A stretch of DNA of 64,000 nucleotides from Eledone cirrhosa. Its lineage: Eukaryota. Where the stretch lies: positions 328,972,001 through 329,036,000 of the forward strand of contig OZ024743.1 of NCBI GenBank assembly GCA_964016885.1, read 5' to 3'. The position numbers were made by a program, and so were the translations under genes. The stretch's first letter is position 1. Every line of letters starts with the position of its first letter. Positions 60,081-64,000 of the stretch are shown here, piece by piece. The notes under the pieces are model-generated. The model ran no database searches, was not told where the DNA came from, and saw only the letters and a list, made by a program, of their open reading frames with translations.

Positions 60081-61366
60081 ACAGCCGATCCAGGACCCTT
60101 CCCACTCCTCACGTCCATACTGAAATCCTCACATGCCCTTACAAGCATTATACAACGTATACTACAACAAAATAACTCTAACACACTTATTAATAAACTG
60201 ACACACAAGGGCAGTGGTTTGGCAGTATGAGTAAAGTGTCAGCATAGAGTTATGGCCCTTTACGTTATGAGTTCAAATCCCACCGAGATTAACTTTGCTT
60301 TTCATCCTTACGGGGGTCTATAAAATGAAGCACCAGTAATGCACTGGGGTAATTACTAGCCTTGTGCCCAAAGTAGAAGCATCATAAATAAACGGATTGG
60401 CAGTATCGGTAGAGGGTCGAACGCCATGCTTTGCAGCAAAGAGTTACGGCCCTTTATAGTCTGAGTTCACATCCTGCCGAGGCTAGCTTTGCCTTTCATC
60501 CTTACGGGGTCAATAAGATAAAGTACCAGTAATGCACTGGTTAATTGCTGGCCTTGTGCCAAATGTAGAAACAATTATCAATAAAAACGTAAAAACGCGC
60601 ACATGGCACACACACACACACACACACACAGACATACACAGACACACGCACAGACACATACACACACACACACAGACACACACACACACACACACAGACA
60701 CATACACATATCACCACATACGCGTATTATCTTGTTGCCTTGACTACAACTGACTTCAATATTATCTTATCCACCTAAGTTACATTTTGTTTTAACGATA
60801 TTTAAAAAAAAAAAAAAAAAATTCTTTATCTTTTCTTTAGCTTTCATCTAAGCATGAACCAAATAACTGTTTCTATTTTAGGAACAAGGTCCGCAATTAT
60901 CCAGTGTATTACTGGTACTTTATTTTATCGACCCCGTAAGGATGAAAGGCAAAGTTAACCTCGGCGGGATTTGAACTCAGATCATAAAGGGACGTAACTC
61001 TATGCTTCAAAGCATGGCGTCCGACTCTTTACCGATACTGCCAATGCACCTGAACATTAGTTGTTTTGTAAATCCTGTGGTTGCCTTGTTTTAAACACAC
61101 ACACACATTATATACATATATATAGAGAGAGGGAGGGGGAGAGAGAGAGAGGGGGGGGGGGGAGAAGAGAGAGGGGGAGAGAGAAAGAGACAAAGAGCAG
61201 TACTACAATCAAAACAACAGGAACGTACGTTTCGTTGGCTTGATCAACCCCCCCACCCCGTGGGCTTGAGTTCTCTACGCCGAGGATATTTCTACCAAGT
61301 TATTACTACAAAACACCCACCCACACACACACATATATATATAAATATACATACACATACACACAC

Positions 61367-61399
<33 letters not shown>

Positions 61400-61643
61400 A
61401 AATTTAGTACAGCATCATCGAAGCTCTGGATGCAATCTCGGTGTGCAGCTAAGCACTCAATAGGGTATATTACCCTAGAGTTACAACATTACGTTTAGAC
61501 AGCTTTGTAAATTGAAGACAGCGACCGATAGACGGGCCGCAGGGACCATAGCGACGAAAAGAACTGAACTCAGGATAAACATTTGACTATATATAGTATA
61601 TATATATATATATACTTCTTACGGTAACCTTATTATGTAAGAA

Positions 61644-61718
61644 GCTGTCTGATGATGTCACGGCACTGGGTACACGGAATCGTGTGGCCACCGTCGTCAT
61701 TGAAATATGTATCACAGC
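61644..61718 (+). ncRNA. Type I hammerhead ribozyme
   Basis: gctgt CTGATGA tgtcacgg..ccgtcgtcatt GAAA tatgta TC ^ acagc; AATAAA at 61725. Confidence 0.8.
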
Positions 61719-61767
61719 ATTATCAATAAAGGACTTTAACATCTGAAACTACTTCGCATTTTCTTAT

Positions 61768-61824
<57 letters not shown>

Positions 61825-62048
61825 TGCAGTTTAATAACTCTTGATAGGCAGAATATTGCATAGAAACGGAATCCCTCCAGAGAGTTTGTTACTTGACGTA
61901 TCTTTACCAAAACACTGCCACTGTACTCACTATATAACTATTATGCGTGAACTCTGTAAGCTTATTGTCTCGTTGAGTGAGGAGGTCATGGCCAGAGATC
62001 TCTGAAATAACATCAGTGATTTTCGTAAACTGTATATATTTATATATA

Positions 62049-63001
<953 letters not shown>

Positions 63002-63226
63002 AAAAGGTAAACAGAAATAACAACACAATCGGTACAGTATATGGAAGGGATATATTAGGTTAACGCTTGATATAGCAGGAAGAAGGTCTTAACGTTTCGG
63101 ACGCTAGTCCTTCATCAGAAGGAAGAATGAGAAATAAGATAGATTGAGGGGACGGGTGAGTTGGAATTGGAAAAAAATGTCTTTAGATAAAAATAACAGG
63201 TCCATTCAAGTTGACATCTCTTGCAA

Positions 63227-63279
<53 letters not shown>

Positions 63280-63356
63280 AACTATAAAGCTGATATACAT
63301 ATATATATATATATGTATATATATATTTGTAGAGATGTCAACTTGAATGGACCTGT

Positions 63357-63409
<53 letters not shown>

Positions 63410-63766
63410 CACACATAATAAATAAGAGAGATAGTTTTATTCGTATATATTTATTATACTAAAATTCCGGACGTTACCTTACGGAGAAAATCCTAAGGAA
63501 CAAAAACAGTCGAGTGCTTCATGTCTGTTTAAGAATAAGTCTGCAAATTTTTGATCAACCACCTTTCTTCAACTGAATAAAAATATATATACACACTTAT
63601 ACATATATATATTCCTGATGATTTCTAAAGAATGAAACAGTTCTAGTCCTGTAGAATCTCAACTATATTAAAACTTTTATACTCTGCTTTGTATTGAGTA
63701 CCTTACTTACTGTGGTTACCTCCGATTCAATCCGGAATAACTTACCTATATATATATATATATATA

Positions 63767-63955
63767 GGAACAAGTAAGACCCCGACGGCTGAGCTCAAGC
63801 CGTTTCGACGGCTAATTCTGTACAGAATTAGCCGTCGAAACGGCTTGAGCTCAGCTGTCGGGGTCTTACTGGTTCCTATTACCCACTCTACTACCTCAAG
63901 TATTGAGTACTTTGGTGCGTTATGGTCCACCTGGTTCCTTACCACATTTCCTTCG

Positions 63956-63958
<3 letters not shown>
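63767..63958. mobile_element. Family A palindromic insertion
   Basis: Centre ctgt|acag at 63821/63822; GAAAcggct..agctGTC on plus, mirrored on minus. Confidence 0.75.

Positions 63959-64000
<42 letters not shown>

Noticed and set aside
59274-60230. 318-aa repeat protein (MALIHPLFPSHLAPSTA)n
   Set aside because: By-product of a 51-bp minisatellite; ends in a SINE; no independent coding evidence.

Overview
AT-rich animal genomic DNA, almost all repeats, with no host gene I can support. The SINE and other short repeats resemble those I associate with octopod cephalopods (inference). It is a mosaic of (TA)n/(CA)n microsatellites separated by transposon pieces. Identified elements: a near-complete Penelope-like element (PLE; 751-aa RT + GIY-YIG ORF, 16603-18858, minus), a related truncated PLE (49929-52690), two other PLE relics, a frameshifted CRE-type RLE retrotransposon (8875-12010) with two fragments, an internally deleted mariner, Helitron pieces, RTE fragments and about 12 tRNA-derived SINEs. 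The main signal is non-coding. By hand count there are roughly 50 type I hammerhead ribozyme (HHR) motifs (CUGANGA...GAAA...NUH, some with single core substitutions) in more than 12 sequence families. Nearly all have a palindromic stem III, most have A(A/T)TAAA just 3' of the cleavage site, and most sit in head-to-head inverted insertions in (TA)n. The centrepiece is a 4.2-kb array of a highly structured 310-bp HHR-bearing unit (retrozyme-like, 30354-34585) that flips orientation exactly at the predicted self-cleavage site. All folds and alignments were done by eye; ribozyme activity, clade labels and novelty are untested.
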